Source: Raja brachyura
Lineage: Eukaryota
Length of the DNA: 64,000 nt
Direction: 5' to 3'
Assembly: GCA_963514005.1 (NCBI GenBank)
Contig: OY740811.1
Span: 11,594,001 to 11,658,000, forward strand
Shown: positions 24,891-38,816 of the stretch, one piece after another
How the letters are laid out: each line of letters starts with the position of its first letter
How positions within the stretch are numbered: the first letter of the stretch is position 1
The notes under the pieces: generated by a model
What the model was told of the DNA's origin: nothing
The model's database searches: none
Seen by the model: the letters and a program-made list of their open reading frames with translations, nothing else
Translations under genes and position numbers: made by a program

Positions 24891-27800
24891 CTCGGTTGTC
24901 AAAAAATCAGATTCATAAGCAAAGATCACTTCACTGACATGAGTTATGGCAACTCATTAGTATAAACGCAGATAATACAACCAAGGACACAATTTATTGC
25001 CCTTCACCACCCCAAAGCTGTCAATGCTTTTAGTGGGAACTACTATAAATTTGCAAAGGCCCAAACCATGCCATGAACCATATTATTGCAGTTAGTGGCA
25101 GTGCGCCATTCTTTCCTCGCAAAATATACTCCTATTTGAATTGGAATTAAATCCATCACTTTCTCGTGCAAAAGAGCTAGCTAGGTCTATGGCACAAAAC
25201 GATGGAAGCTGCCAAAGTAGCCACAAAATTAATGTTACATAAAGTTTAAGAGGAACTGCCTACCATTTTCAGTCAGATCCAGCAGGTAGAGTAACGTGGT
25301 GTAGTCTGGAGACGAGAGATGGTCACACACTTGTGCACCAAAGCCCAAATGTGGCTGGTCTATTACTATAGTAACTAGAGGGTGGAAAAACAGTATGGAA
25401 TATTTAGGCCAAGCCTGTTTGCCAAGTGTGCATATGACGGAGGACATGAAGTCATGCAAGTCGTCAACATCACAAGGGGGAAACTCGTTAGGCAACTTCG
25501 CTGGTCCAACAGCAAGTAAACAATTTCTATTTATAGAATGGCCCAAGGTATTTCACGGACCCATCAAGTCAAATAAAGATTTGATCCCAAGCCACATCGG
25601 TTAAGGTTAGAGGAGCAAAGCCGTAACCCCTTTTGAAAACGGTCACTTTGGTTATGAGAAGATTTGTGGAAGGTCAATCCACAGTTGAAGGAGGAGCAGA
25701 CAGCAATTAAATTCAGGGATGCTCAAAACAAAGTTATTCACGATGTTGGACCGACAAGATTACAGGAAGCGTTGCGGAGCTACAAGTAAACAGAGATAAA
25801 CATCTCCGCAAAAGCTAAGCACTGATAAAGTGGAAGACAACAGCATTTTAGTGCAAATGAGCAAGACATGGACCAAAGTCAAACATCTTGAGATTAATAG
25901 CTCCAATATACAGCTTAAAAACTAGTTTGAAGTTGAATGACCATTTTAAACATGGGTAGGTTCAAATTTTAGTCTGAATTAAAGATTTTTTTTAAAAAAA
26001 GAATCCACCACCTACAACAATATGAGTTTTGAAGGCACATTTCCACAACAGCAAAACACTGGGTCCGAATATTTGCCAATTCATTCAGCCTCCAGAAAAA
26101 TAAATCTCCCATCAGGCAGAAACATTAAAAAAAAATTGGCATGCAAATTGGAAGCTGCAAGTATTGCCGTGGTTTTGGGAATAACTGAGCATTGCAGAGT
26201 CTACAAGCAGATATCAAGCTCCCTTCACTTCAAATAATTGGAGTCATTTTTCTAGTGCCTTAACAAATAAAAAATGGGTTTTTAGTAAAGTCAACAAGGA
26301 CCTCGAAAAAACAGGTCATTTTTAAACAACCTCAATAGTTACCAGGCTAAACTTGAAGAACACAGGATCACAACTGCTAACAACTAACCAATAAACAATT
26401 GCAGCTCAAAGGACATGCATTCTGCTCTTATAAACAAGCTAATATTCTGGATTTTTCAATGAGGTATGGGCATTTTATAGTCACAATTCCTGTGATGAAC
26501 GTTGTAATTACGAGGAAACAAGATGTCCGGAAACATTTATCACAATTAGTGTTTTGCACAAATCACCATCCAAATATTTGACCAGGGAACATATTTGTGT
26601 GCTGTATATAAGGCAAGGAAGTCCCAATTTCCACTTAGAGAATTCAATCATCTTTCCAAGCCAACGACAATTTGACGCAACATGGTTTTGATTGGTAAAT
26701 AGTGGCATGTTGCTTGTCATGTATATATTGGCTAAGCCATCCTACTTAATGGTTAAATTCTCCTACTTTGCTCGGCACCATCCAACACGGCAGGACTGAC
26801 TTCTCTCAACGCTTCCTGCTTCAGTAAAGCATTCAGCACTCCTCCAATTTGCCAATATCCATGGACTGCAAGCAAGGACTTAAGTAAAGTTGCACGCTCT
26901 TCTAATTGGACAGCAAACTTTACCATTTGGAGCAGTGTTTGCCAAACAAAAATGTTCACCGAAAACCCCAAGAAGTAATTTTCAAAAAAAGGGCATTTTC
27001 CTAATAGGTAAAACACAAAATAGGAAAATGGAGGTTGGGTGGAAAACAACCTGTGCAAGAGATTTTACAATAGAACAAAATACACAGTTGCACAAACCTC
27101 AAAAAGGATTAGTGTTACCCAGTCCTGGGCTGATTGAGCATGGTGCACATTTTCAAACCCGTCAACTAGCTCAGGTTTGTAAAATACTGTGCAGAAACTC
27201 AATTTAGGTCAATCGTGTGTGCTTTTGGATCCATAACATGGCAAGCAAGTCCTTACCAGCTCCCTACTTTTTCCATATTAGCTCTGAAATGGCTTCAATG
27301 CCTGGGCACTGAATAAGAATCGCAAAAGTCACTCATGTCAGACAAAATACTACATATTCTGCAAATCATACATTAATCAATAGTAGCCATACTATGTCAA
27401 TTAACAATTCAATGCCTCCTTGAAAGACTCCTGCCTATATTGACAGGATATTCTTCCAAAATGTTCCATTTAAATAAATATTGCAGGCCTAAATTTTACT
27501 TCGATCCATTTTCAATTAATATCCTAAAGTCAACAGGTGCACACACTAGTCATCATAACAATAACATTAGAGCTATGATAGTGATTTAAAGGGAAATAAC
27601 CCGGAGGATCGACATGTAGCAAACTTAAGACAAATCAGACGCAGTTACCACAAGCCTACTTGTATACACAGACGCACAAAGAAATGCAATCCCTCCACCT
27701 TGACATTCAGTCATCCAGCTATCACAGCTCCGTAGAATAGAAAATCTCAAGATTCAAAATCCACGAGAAATTCCTTTCAAGTCTTTAATGCACAACTCCT

Positions 27801-27939
27801 TCTGAAGCCAAGCCTTCTAGTTGACTAGATTTTCTAGGCAAGCATTATATCTCAATACACGTGACAATAAACTAAACTCAGCTCAACTGTCAGCATTCAC
27901 GTTAATCCCAGGCTTCAATTACACCACGCGATCAGTAAC

Positions 27940-28560
27940 TCCAATAATGGCCTAACCTGCTTAACCTTAATTATAATAGCCCCTTGCTTGCAGGAGTAAA
28001 TAATGCAATTTTCTCTTGAAAGGAAACCAAAACTGTACACGGTACTCCAGTTGCCGTCTCCAATTCCATGCAGCTGTAAAGGTACTCCCACTTCTATACA
28101 CCAACCACTGGCAATTGAGGCCATTTTATTATTTGCTTTCCTAAATACTTGCTGGACAAACATGCAAACCTTACGCTTCAGTTAAATGAAAACCCAGATC
28201 CCCCCCACAGGGCATCTGCTGACTCTCCAGAAAGCAATATTCTGTATTTCTATTCCCATTAGGACGAATAACCTCACATTCCCCAACATTAGTTCTCTGC
28301 CAAATATTTGCCCACTCGCTTATCTTTTTGCAGCCTCCGAACATTGTTACTTCCTTTTTACTTGGCTTCACATTCTGGCGAAATGTGGCGAGGTATTTGG
28401 CCTGGTTATCCAAGTTATTAATATGGACTGTATACTCAGGACCTCAGCACAGATTCCTGGAACATCCTACTCACTGCAGCTCGCTGATCTGGAAATGACT
28501 TCTCCAGACTTTGTCTCACAGCCAATTCTCAATCCATGTTATTATTTCTCCCACAACTCT
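27940..28560 (-). mobile_element. Old CR1 RT fragment
   Basis: Remnant peptides ISEWANIWQ..NVGECEVI and VQQVFRKANNKMASI. Confidence 0.65.
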
Positions 28561-28700
28561 CGGCAGCAAGGACTAGGTTTAAACTAAAGATTATAATGTG
28601 GCACTAGAAGTCATACAAAGATGATAATGCTCCAATAGACATCTTTCAAACCATCATCAACATTTTATGACTGTAACAGAGGCAACATTTGTAGCCAACT

Positions 28701-29770
28701 CTACTATTGACAGACATCTACTACAAACCTGACTCCCATAGCTATCTTGACTAAACTTCTTCCCAGCCTGCTGTCTATCCCCTACTCCCAATTCTTCCAT
28801 CTACGCCGCATCTGCACCCAGGATGAGGTTTTCCATACCAGGGCCTTGGAGATGTCCTCATTCTTTAGGAAACTGGGTTTTTCTTCCATTATAGATGAAT
28901 CCCTCAGTGGGGTCTACTCGATATCACGCAGATCCGCTATTACTCTTCCCCCCCCCCCCCCCCCGATTCGTAACAAGTACAGTCCCCGTTGTCCTCACCT
29001 TCCACCCCATCAGCCGTCGCAAACACCATATAATCCTCTAACATTTTCGCCACCTCCAACAGGATCCTGCTATTGGCTACATCCACCCCTTTCGGCTTTC
29101 CGCAGAGACCATTCCCTCTGTAACTCCCTGGTCAACTTGTCCCTTCCCATCTATTCCACCCCCTCCCCCGGTACTTTCCCATGCAACCGCAGGAGATGCA
29201 AAATCTGACCCTTTACCTCCCCCCTCGACACCATCCAAAGACCCAAACAGTCTTTCCAGGTGATGCGGGAGGTTCACTTGCACCTCCTCCAACCTCATCA
29301 CTGTATCCGCTGTTCCAGGCGTCAACTTCTCTACATCGGCGAGATCAAGCGCAGGCTCAGCGATCATTTCACTGAACATCACCACTCAGTCCGTCCTAAC
29401 CAAGCTGATCTCCCAGCACTTCCACTCCCCCTCCCATTCCCAATCTGACCTTTGTCCTGGACCTCCTCCATTGTCAGAGTGAGACCCAGCGCAAATTGGA
29501 GGAACAGCGCCTCATATTTAGCTCGGGTAGCTTATACCCCAGTAATATGAACATTGACTTCTCCATCTTCAGATAGCCCTTGCTTTCTCTCTCCATCCCC
29601 CCCCCCCCTTCCCAGTTCTCCCACTAGTCTTACTGTCTCCGCCTACATGCTATCTTTGTCCCGCCCCCTCCCGTCCGAAGAAAGGTCTCGACCCAAAACG
29701 TCACCAATTCCTTCTCTCCATAGCTGCCGGCTCACCCGCTGAGTTACTCCAGCATTTTGTGTCTATCTCC
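28701..29770 (+). mobile_element. Penelope-like element (probably Neptune clade): RT C-terminus, Cys-rich linker, GIY-YIG endonuclease and pLTR; pseudogenised
   Basis: TDIYYKP-DSHSYLD; IPYSQFFHLRRICTQDEVFHTRA; GTFPCNRRRCK; FTCTSSNLI-CIRCSRRQLLYIGEIKRRLSDHFTEH; ends with ccgaagaaaggtctcgacccaaaacgtcacc and the arm shared with the hairpin elements. Confidence 0.92.
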
Positions 29771-29789
29771 TATAACCAGCATTAGTACT

Positions 29790-30325
29790 AGAGGTGCACA
29801 CTGATGCAATTATAAAGCTCAACACTTCTACTTAAAAAAAAAATTAGGTAGATTCGGTACTTCAACAAATACTCAAACATCTACAGGTGTATACTAGAGA
29901 ACAAATTGACTGGTTGCATCATGGCCTGGGTCAGCAACTCAAATGCCCAGGAACAAACATGAATACAAAAAGTAGAACTGCCACTGGCACTGATCTTCCC
30001 AATGGATCTATTGGAGTTGCTGCCTCAAAAAAGGTAACTACTATCATCAAGGACCCACACTACCCTGGCCACACTCCAGCTTCACTCTACAGGAGTCTGA
30101 AAATTGACCTCCAGGTTTAGCAATTTCTTCTTCCCTACAAACAGCCTATTCAATACTACAAACACCAACTGGACTTTCAAACTACAAACTGTTTTGGTTG
30201 CACTAAGAATTTGGGACTTTTGTTGTGTTTTCGTTGATGATGCCATCCATTGAGTAGTGTTTACAGACTCGTTGTACTGCTGCGTATGAACTCCGTTCAA
30301 TAAAAATAGCAATTAAACACTAGAC
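29790..30325 (+). mobile_element. Degenerate Rex1/Babar 3' fragment
   Basis: ctacaggtgtatactagaga...ctggttgcatcatggcctgg...atcatcaaggacccacactaccctggccacac...tacaggagtctgaaa. Confidence 0.6.
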
Positions 30326-30548
30326 TCTTGAAGGTGGAATAACAAATCTCTACAATACACACACGGGGCTCCACAAACTCGACTTGGCGTGGGGGTGGAG
30401 AGGAAGGCGGTGAAACAATGTAGGGTGTGAAACAGGCTCTTGCTATGGTTCCAGTCACCTCCCAATACACTTGCTTCCTAAATCAATAGAACTACAGGAC
30501 AGATTAACAGAATCAAGATCAAAGATCTGCCTTGCGTACAAGGACTTA

Positions 30549-30794
30549 AGGGTCTGTCCCACTTACGCGATTTTTTTCGCCGCTGTCAGTCATAGCAGGT
30601 CGCCAAAAATTTTCAACATGTTGAAAATCTAGCAGCGACCAGAAAAAGGTACGACTCTTTGGGCGACTACTCACGATCATACAGGCATACCTTTTTCTGG
30701 TTGCCATTATATTTTCAATTTTCGGCGACCTGCTGTGACTATGACGGGTACCGGCAGTCGCCGAAAAAAAAATTGTGCAAGTGGGACAGGCCCA
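30549..30794. mobile_element. PIF/Harbinger-type MITE
   Basis: TIRs agggtctgtcccactt / aagtgggacaggccca, TTA duplicated on both sides, long internal inverted symmetry. Confidence 0.85.
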
Positions 30795-31544
30795 TTATAG
30801 TTCTCACCTGCTCTGAAAGTAGCATACAAGTTTGTGAGCAAAGTAGAAAAAAAATTATACAAATGTAGAAAATTAAAAGGGCAGAAACATTTCATCCACA
30901 AAATGCAAAAATCAATTAGTATTTCTATACTGTTAGCCATCCACAAACACTCAAGCTGGGAACAGCTGCTGGCTACAATCAGCAGAGAGGATTTCTGCCA
31001 GAAATTCCCCCATTCTCTTAATCCTTCAGTGAGAATGGAAACAGTGAAACCAACCAAGTTCAAGGCATGAAACAAGTTTAATGTTCTTGGCATTTGCCCC
31101 ATCTCCTCAAGGGGCCAGAATTGCCTGGTGTGCCATTACTCAAATTGCTGCTTGGCACCAAGAAATTGACCCGTTGCATCAGGAAAAAAGGCTGTCACGC
31201 TGTTATGCAGTTACCAGCGAGATTTACTGGGGATTAAGAGCGTGCGAGTGGTGGCCAATTTCTGCTCATCCCAGGGGTCAATTGTAATGAAACTATACCA
31301 GCGCTCAGGCTGAGATTAGCTAACCTCATGCCAGTTTACAAAAAAAATGTTACCCTACTTTCAAGAACTTTGAACAGAAACATCAGGATTTCTGCTGACA
31401 AAGCAAGTCCATTCTGCACGTATCCAAATGGACAAAAACAATATATATTTTTAATTGGGTATGGTTTTTAAAATATTCAAATTGGGATTCAAAACTGATA
31501 CAAAATCAGGATTCTATACCCTCTGTACATGGATTTCATCTGCT

Positions 31545-31870
31545 GTGCTTGGATATGATGTTTCTGGTAGTGGGAGAGTCCAGGAGCAGAGGACACGGCC
31601 TCAGAATAAAATGATGTATCTTAGGAATAGAGAGGACGAGGAATTTCTTCAGCCAGAGGGTGGTGAATCTGTGGAATTCATTGCCCCAGATGGAGATGGA
31701 GGCCAATTAATGGGCATTTTAAAGTGGAGATTGATAGGTTCTTGATTTGTAAGAGAGCCAAAAGGTGGCAGGGAGAAGGCAGAAGAATGGGGTTGAGTAG
31801 GGAAGTGGATCAGCCATGATCAAATGGTGGAGCAGACACCATGGGTCAAATGATCTAATTCTACCCAGTC
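31545..31870 (+). mobile_element. CR1 LINE 3' fragment
   Basis: ggagagtccaggagcagaggacacggcctcagaataaa...cagagggtggtgaatctgtggaattcattgcc. Confidence 0.85.
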
Positions 31871-33667
31871 TTATTACCCTTCTCAGCAAGTTTTTCTAAA
31901 ACCGCAATGACAGAAATATTCTGGCAAAGTAAACTAGTTCCATTTTAAAATTGCTGATGGGTATAAAAGCCCAAGTTTCTTCCTCACTAGATAACTTCAA
32001 TTCTCAATTTTTTTAATTTCAAGACAATATGTATATAAAATGAAAAAACAATAAAGCAAATGTTGTTTAGAGGCGGATGTTTGGATTAAATGGCAGAGAA
32101 AACGTACAGTATTCAGTTTGTGCAATATTTAGCTGTGGGAATAATGAATACAAGGATGTTTCAAAACCCATGACATCATGGGCATTGTGGAAACAGTAGT
32201 GTTTAAGGTTTGCTCAATCCATAATTTTGTTCTAGTGTACCAGAATTCTGCGTTAAATGACTCATGCCGCCCAGTCAACAGCCTTACTACCACACTGCGA
32301 AAGTCTAGACAGTGGACTCTGACACAGACTGCCCAATTCAACATTTACAAAGAGAGCGAGTTAGAAGAGGCAAAGAAAAGGAAATGAATTCCTCAGTCTC
32401 CAACATCGACGGGTGACTTGTGAGTCTGTAACTGCATTGATGGATGCGGCTTGTGGCGGCACAGAGCAGTTGTGGAGGACACTGACACATCGCCTGGCCA
32501 GGCCGACCGACCATTGCAATTCTTACCCAGTTCTTTTTCTGACAGAAGGGGCCTTTAATGATCAAATTAAAACTACTTTTAAAATTTGAATTAGGAAGAG
32601 TACAGGATGGCACCCACAACGTAGTGACTCGTGTAGTGAATCAGCGTGGGCTACTATCCGATACTAGTATGATTTTGCCTAATTTATAGCAGGATTATCA
32701 CTAAACGGTATGCAAAAATAAGAATTTCACTGTACTCTGTACACATGAAAAGTACCACTGAACTCCCAACTCTGAGGTAGTATTAAAAAAAATCTGAGAT
32801 GCAATAATTAAAACATCTACTTGCTGCGGGTGGGTTATTCTGCTGGAAACAAGATATTTATACATTCTCTTTCCCCTCCCCCACCACCAACCTATGCAGC
32901 AAGTTTGTCATGAAATAATCAAAAGAATGATTACCCACCCTTCAGCCTGGATGCAAATGAGAAGTCTTTCAGCAAGTTCTTGGGAGTGTGTGAATAGAAA
33001 AATCGACGGAACGCACCGAACCATACAAGAGTGGTCAGGCTACTGCATAATCTATTAAATTACTGGGTAGTACCAAACTCCGAATCATTGGGGAAGTGAA
33101 AGGCAAAGAGCACGTGTTCCAACATGCTGGGAGAGAATTTGAATTTCAAATTGTCTCTGGCATTTACCCAAGTCTTACCTAATATCTGACAGGTCAATTC
33201 CACAAACAACATTTAGGAAAGTTCATAAACATGAGTAAAATAGCATTTTAGTTATTACACTAAATACACAAATGGCATTCTGTTCCTATCTTGAGAGTGG
33301 GGCCATGGAGTAGAATCCAGTTTAGCGAGAAACACCTCCATTGCCAAGACCCTCGTCTTTGTCTCAAATAAACCGCACTCAATTCCTGGATACAAAAACC
33401 CTCATTGACATTAAATAGGAAGCGGGAAAAAAAAGACACATTTGACCACCCCACATTCCAGCATTATCAATGGTTTCAAATGACTGTACGGAAGTTACTC
33501 GTTCTGAAGTTACCTCAGATTAACTTTCCACAGATGCTGCCTGACCAGCCGAGTGTGCAGCAGCTTCATTGTTTTTATGACAAACACAGCACGCTTTGGC
33601 CAGTTTCCCTTCAACATCACCCATGACACCAACTCATAAGCTAATTCTCCACCAAGTCAAGAATCAG

Positions 33668-33973
33668 GCGGTCATGGTGACTCGGGGTTAGAGATGCTGC
33701 CTTACAGCGAATGCAGCCAAGGAGACCCCGGTTCCATCCCGACAGAGTGCTGTCTGTACGGAGTTTGTATGTTCTTCCCGTGACCTGCGGGGGTTCTCAG
33801 AGATCTTCGGTTTCCTCCCAAACTCCAAAGACGTACAAGTTTGTAGATTAATTGGCTTGGTAAATGTAAATATTGTCCCTAGTGGGTGTAGGATAGTGTT
33901 AATGTGCAGGGATCGCTGGTCAGCACAGACCCGATGGGCCAAATGGCCTGTTACCACGCTGTACCTCTAAACT
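33668..33973 (+). mobile_element. V-SINE
   Basis: tRNA head, V domain and ctctaaact tail; colinear with 10138-10424. Confidence 0.88.
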
Positions 33974-34124
33974 GGAAAAAGTCAGCCCATTTAACCTTTG
34001 TTGTTCTTCCTATATCATGCACATCCTTGAAGTTGGGAGACTAGATCCAGACACAATATCCCAGGTGCCATCATGAGTACATGACCTCCTGCACTAAAAG
34101 GCTAGCACCACTATCCATTATGGA

Positions 34125-34302
34125 GAGAAGGTGGACGCAAAATGCTGGAGTAATTCAGCGGGACAGGCAGCATCTCAGGAGAGAAGAAATTGGTGACATT
34201 TCGGGTCAAGACCCTTCTTCAGTCTCAACCCGAAACGTCACCCATTCCTTCTCTCCAGAGATGCTGCCTGGCCCGCTGAGTTACTCCAGCATTGTGTCTA
34301 CA
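34125..34302. mobile_element. Penelope-derived hairpin element
   Basis: Inverted arms around gtgacatttcgggtcaagacccttcttcagtctcaacccgaaacgtcac. Confidence 0.8.
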
Positions 34303-34911
34303 CATGGTTTGTGTTGTGATGAGAATTTAATTTATCTTCCATACCTTTATTCATACCAAATACATTAAAATGTTAACAATTTTCAATAGAGCAATAGTTT
34401 CAGTTGCACAGGTGGGAAAGCACAGCAACAGGAAGGTTATAACAAAGGTTATAGACTTTACTGCAAATCTTTGATCAGTCGTTTATCAATTGAGCATCCA
34501 TTTTGTGGAGAGGCAGTTTCTTACATTTGGCTGGAATACTCATTATTACATCCACACAGGCATAATCGTTGATCTACCTTAAATTAATATGTTAAACTTT
34601 AGAACTTGTGAAGGACATCAACTGATGTGTCCGTTGAGCAATTCGTCCACTCTGGACAACGTGGACCAAATTTAGAATGTTAATAAAAAAACTCCTGTTA
34701 TAAAAGCAAGTGTTGCAACAATGAGAGTACACCCCACATCCAAACTAGAGCTGGTATGATAGTGCAAATTATTGTAATATCAAACAATCCAATTGAATAA
34801 ATTTCAAAACATGACCCAATTCAAATGTACTGCAATCCACAAACAGCAGGAAGTCTCAAAATGTATTTAACTACTACATAGTTGCACGTTGCAGTACACA
34901 AAACCTATTAA

Positions 34912-35104
34912 AGGACCTGTCACACTTGGGTGTCATTTACGTGTCATGCAGGTGGCAGGCGAAGATTTTGTGAATCCCAAAATCCTGGGGCACCGCGTGC
35001 CACTGCATAAGTCACCACGCACGTGTAATGCGTGTAACACACATTGTTCATCGTGAAATGTAAATGATGTTGTGTAAATGACGCCCAAGGGGGGGCCAGG
35101 CTCT
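34912..35104. mobile_element. PIF/Harbinger-type MITE, second subfamily
   Basis: TAA on both flanks; TIRs aggacctgtcacacttgggtgtcatttac / gtaaatgacgcccaagggggggccaggctct. Confidence 0.7.
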
Positions 35105-36071
35105 TAAGTGCTTTAATCCTAAAATACAGTTCCACTGACGATTTTCTGGCACCCTTGGATCCAGAGTCTTACAGGATTATCTGTTTTTCTAGACCAGAAG
35201 TCACAGCCTCAGAGGAGTTGAACGGGTACTGGGATGGTCCCCAATGGTGCAGAGGGGCTCAGACACCTGCTCGCAAAGTCAGACATGGGAACTGATCTGC
35301 CAGCTCCGGCCAGACCAGGGCCCCAGCTGCAGAGCGCAGATTCGACCTGCTGAGTGGCTGTGGAAGTCCCAATGAGACAGAGATTGGCTGGTCTACCCAG
35401 CCTAGGAGCCACATATTCTGGGGGGGGGGGGGGGGGTGGTGATTTCAAGCGCACTCACCATTTTGTCTGGACCACGAGTTGCTGGAAAAATTGCATGAGG
35501 ATCTGTACTGTAAGTGACAAGATGCAAAACAATTTGCAACAGTAACTTGTGGGAATCTTAAAAATAACTAGTCCAAACTGATCAGACTACTGCTACATAG
35601 GGAAGCCAGGTCAACATGGCGAGAACAATGGTCCCAATTCCAGACTTCAATATCAAAGTCCTTGATCTCAATTGTTTCTTCAAAGACTGCATGCACTGTT
35701 GCACAAATTTAATTACACAACGCCTGCAGATCAACTGAAGGCCAAGAGACATTAACAGTTTCTTCTATTGTCTATTAGAAATGACTAGTTAACAATTTAT
35801 ATTGATTGTTGTTACGATACATTAATTCTCCAAATTTATATCAATCACCGTTTAGTCCAGGAGACATTATTTCCTGTACTCTTAACTACAGTATTTGTAA
35901 GTGCCCATACCAGATTTGGTTTAGGGCAACCCTCCAGGTACAAAAATAAATAAAGTCATCAACAGGACAGCCTGTAAATGCACTTAAAACAATGGATCAA
36001 ATTCACACATACAAATGATCAGGAAGGACAACTAAAGTTCATTCATTAATACACATTTCTGATGAAACAAT

Positions 36072-36143
36072 GGTAAACAAAATGCTGGAGTAAGAGTGAG
36101 AAGGAATGGGCAACGTTTTGGGTCGAGACTCTTCTTCAGACTG
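36072..36143 (-). mobile_element. Short Penelope pLTR insertion with 16-bp TSD
   Basis: tttctgatgaaacaat at 36056-36071 and 36144-36159. Confidence 0.8.
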
Positions 36144-37189
36144 TTTCTGATGAAACAATCAAGCCTTGTTACAAGACTGAAAGAAATTTAATATTTTCCC
36201 CACTTGACATTTAGTCAGCAAGAACTGTCCAAACATTTCAGACATTATGATTAGAGCAATCACCACATCCAGAGAAATATTCAATGTAACTGGATAGGTT
36301 AAAGAGTATTAAAGAATTTCATGCCAACTGAACCTTGGGCAATGGTATGTTTAGTTATTTAACTACACCAAATAATACGAAGCTTTAAATGGAGAATAGA
36401 TTCAGTCAATCTATGCCCTAGTTTAAAAATTAGCCAAATTCTATATGTACTTGGTCTGTTAACTACAAACTTTCCTAAACATAGTCTACTATTAACCATC
36501 AAATGTACTTTATGCCATTCCCATCATTGTTACATTTCAGGTCAGCTTAACTTTCTCAAACCAAGTGACTTAGTAAAATTGTCACAAGTGTGTATCTTCG
36601 AGGAACAAAATGTCAAGCTCTGGCCCTATAACTGGTATGAATGGACGAGCCTTCAGCCTGTTCCAGATAGTCACACTCAGCAGTTCCACACAAATGCTTC
36701 TTTATCATTGGCGCAGATATCAACCTAGGACACATCTTCAGTTGATTAGCGTGATGCCATCAGTTGCAGGCGGGGTGGTTGGGGGAGAAACTGCTCCACG
36801 TAAATAGTATCTTCCTTTAATACAATTAGCAAGCTTCAAGCAAGTAATTTGTTGCAAGACAATGGGAAAGTGATTACATTTATTTCTGCCATGTTTTAAC
36901 AGCGTTAGGCTGGAGATTCTTTATCCATACCGAAGAGATCCATTTAAAACATATAGTTTTGTTATTAGCACAAGACTACAAAAAAAAAATACAAACCAAA
37001 GTAAAATAGGGATACTTAAAAAGAGAACCAAAAAATGGCCATCCAAGCCACTCCCTCCCCACATAATTCCTCTGCGAATAGAATACCTGTTCCTATATCT
37101 CCACCCTTAAATCCATCAAGGAAGCCAGTTACACTTCCAGGTAAATGAGGAAGAGGCAAGGTAGAAGGATAGTGGTAGAAATGTGTATG

Positions 37190-37980
37190 TAGTCAAAGCC
37201 AAACAAACTTTATTGTCATTTAGAAATACATCGATAAATGCAATTCCAAACTAAATTCCGTTGCATTTGGCTCCCCATGCAACACATTAATAAACAGAAG
37301 GATAAAATGGATAAAAGGATAAATAGACAATGGTGGCAGCCCATTACATGGCATTCAGGAGTAATAGCTCGTGGGAAGAAGCTTTTGCAGAACCTTGATG
37401 TTCTGCTCCTTATGTTACGATATCTTTTGCCAGAGGGCAGCAGAGAGAACAGTCAGTGATGGAGATGTGTGGGGTCTTTTATAATACTGCTGGCCTTAGA
37501 TACGCAACGTTTGGTCGCAATATCCCCAATTGAGGGGAGAGAAGTCCCGATTATTTTTTCCGCTGTCCTCACCACTCTCTGCACGGACTTCCAGTCGGAG
37601 GCTTTACAGTCCCCAAACCAGACAGATACAGCTGGTCAAATACTCTCTATGGTGCCCCTGTGAGGATGGGATGGGGGAGGTGAGCTCTTCTCATCCGCTG
37701 CAGAAAGTGCAACCGCTGCTGCGCTCTCTTAACTGTTGATGAGATGTTATTTGACCAGGTCAGACTGTTAGTGATCTGCACCCCCAGGAACTTAGTGCTA
37801 CTGACCACCTCCACATCGCTGTCATTGATGTAAAGTGGTGTGAGACTGTGCCGATTTTTCCTGAAGTCGACGATGACCTCCTTTGTTTTTTCGACATTCA
37901 GGATCAGGTTGTTCGTATTGCACCAGTCCACCAGTTGTTTCACCTCCCCTCTGTAAGCCAGCTCATTGTCGTCCCATGTG
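37190..37980 (-). mobile_element. Rex1/Babar LINE 3' fragment
   Basis: DDNELAYRGEVKQLVDWCNTNNLILNVEKTKEVIVDFRK...KFLGVQITNSLTWSNNISSTVKRAQQRLHFL; the 3' tail has AATAAA. Confidence 0.9.
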
Positions 37981-38652
37981 AGCTGTATCAAAGGAGAGAG
38001 GGCCCCAACATAACTTCCTTAAAATTGGATCATTCAATGTTGGATTGTAAGCTACACAAGCAGAATCAGAGATGCTCTTCCAGTTTGCAAATGAGGGCCA
38101 CAACAGAAATGTTAGTATGGGAATCAAGGATAAATGGTAAGCAACTGGAAGATCGGCAGGCCTTGCTGACGGATTGCAAAAGTCAGGGGATTTGGGAAGC
38201 TGCTTTTACCCACATTTTATTGAATTAATGTTGATGGTAATACATCAAGCTGGGGACCTTTAGTTTTTAAATTATTGACAATGTGAATAAAACATGTTAG
38301 ATCTGGCATTTCCCCATCTTCACTATTGGAAATTCCCTGAACTTCAATCCTCCCAACTATTTCAACCGTGGATAAAAGCCAACTTTCCAAATGTACACAG
38401 GATTTTTGTCACCACAACTCCACAGCACAAGCAACATTTCCAGAAACCCACCATAGCTTTACTTACGAAGCTCACCCTGAATATTTATAGACTATACAGA
38501 ATGGTGTTTACAAATGTAGGAGACTTGAAGGCTCAAGGTAAAAAGCACAAATTTAGAACCAAAATTTTTGTCACACTTGTTTAACATGTCTGCACCTTTG
38601 TAGAGAAAAAAAAAAAAATTGGCCACCCACTCCCAACCACCTCTACCCACTG

Positions 38653-38816
38653 GGCTGGAGAAACTCAGCGGGTGCAGCAGCATCCAAGGTCTGAAGAAGG
38701 GTCTCGACCCGAAGCGTCGCCTATTTCCTTCGCTCCTTGGATGCTGCTGCACTCGCTGAGTTTCTCCAGCCTTTTGTGTACCCTCGATTCTCCAGCATCT
38801 GCAGTTCCTTCTTTAA
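38653..38816 (+). mobile_element. Young Penelope-derived hairpin/hammerhead element with 15-bp TSD
   Basis: TSD cacctctacccactg at 38638-38652 and 38817-38831; short inverted arm followed by ggtctgaagaagggtctcgacccgaagcgtcgcct and tail. Confidence 0.92.
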
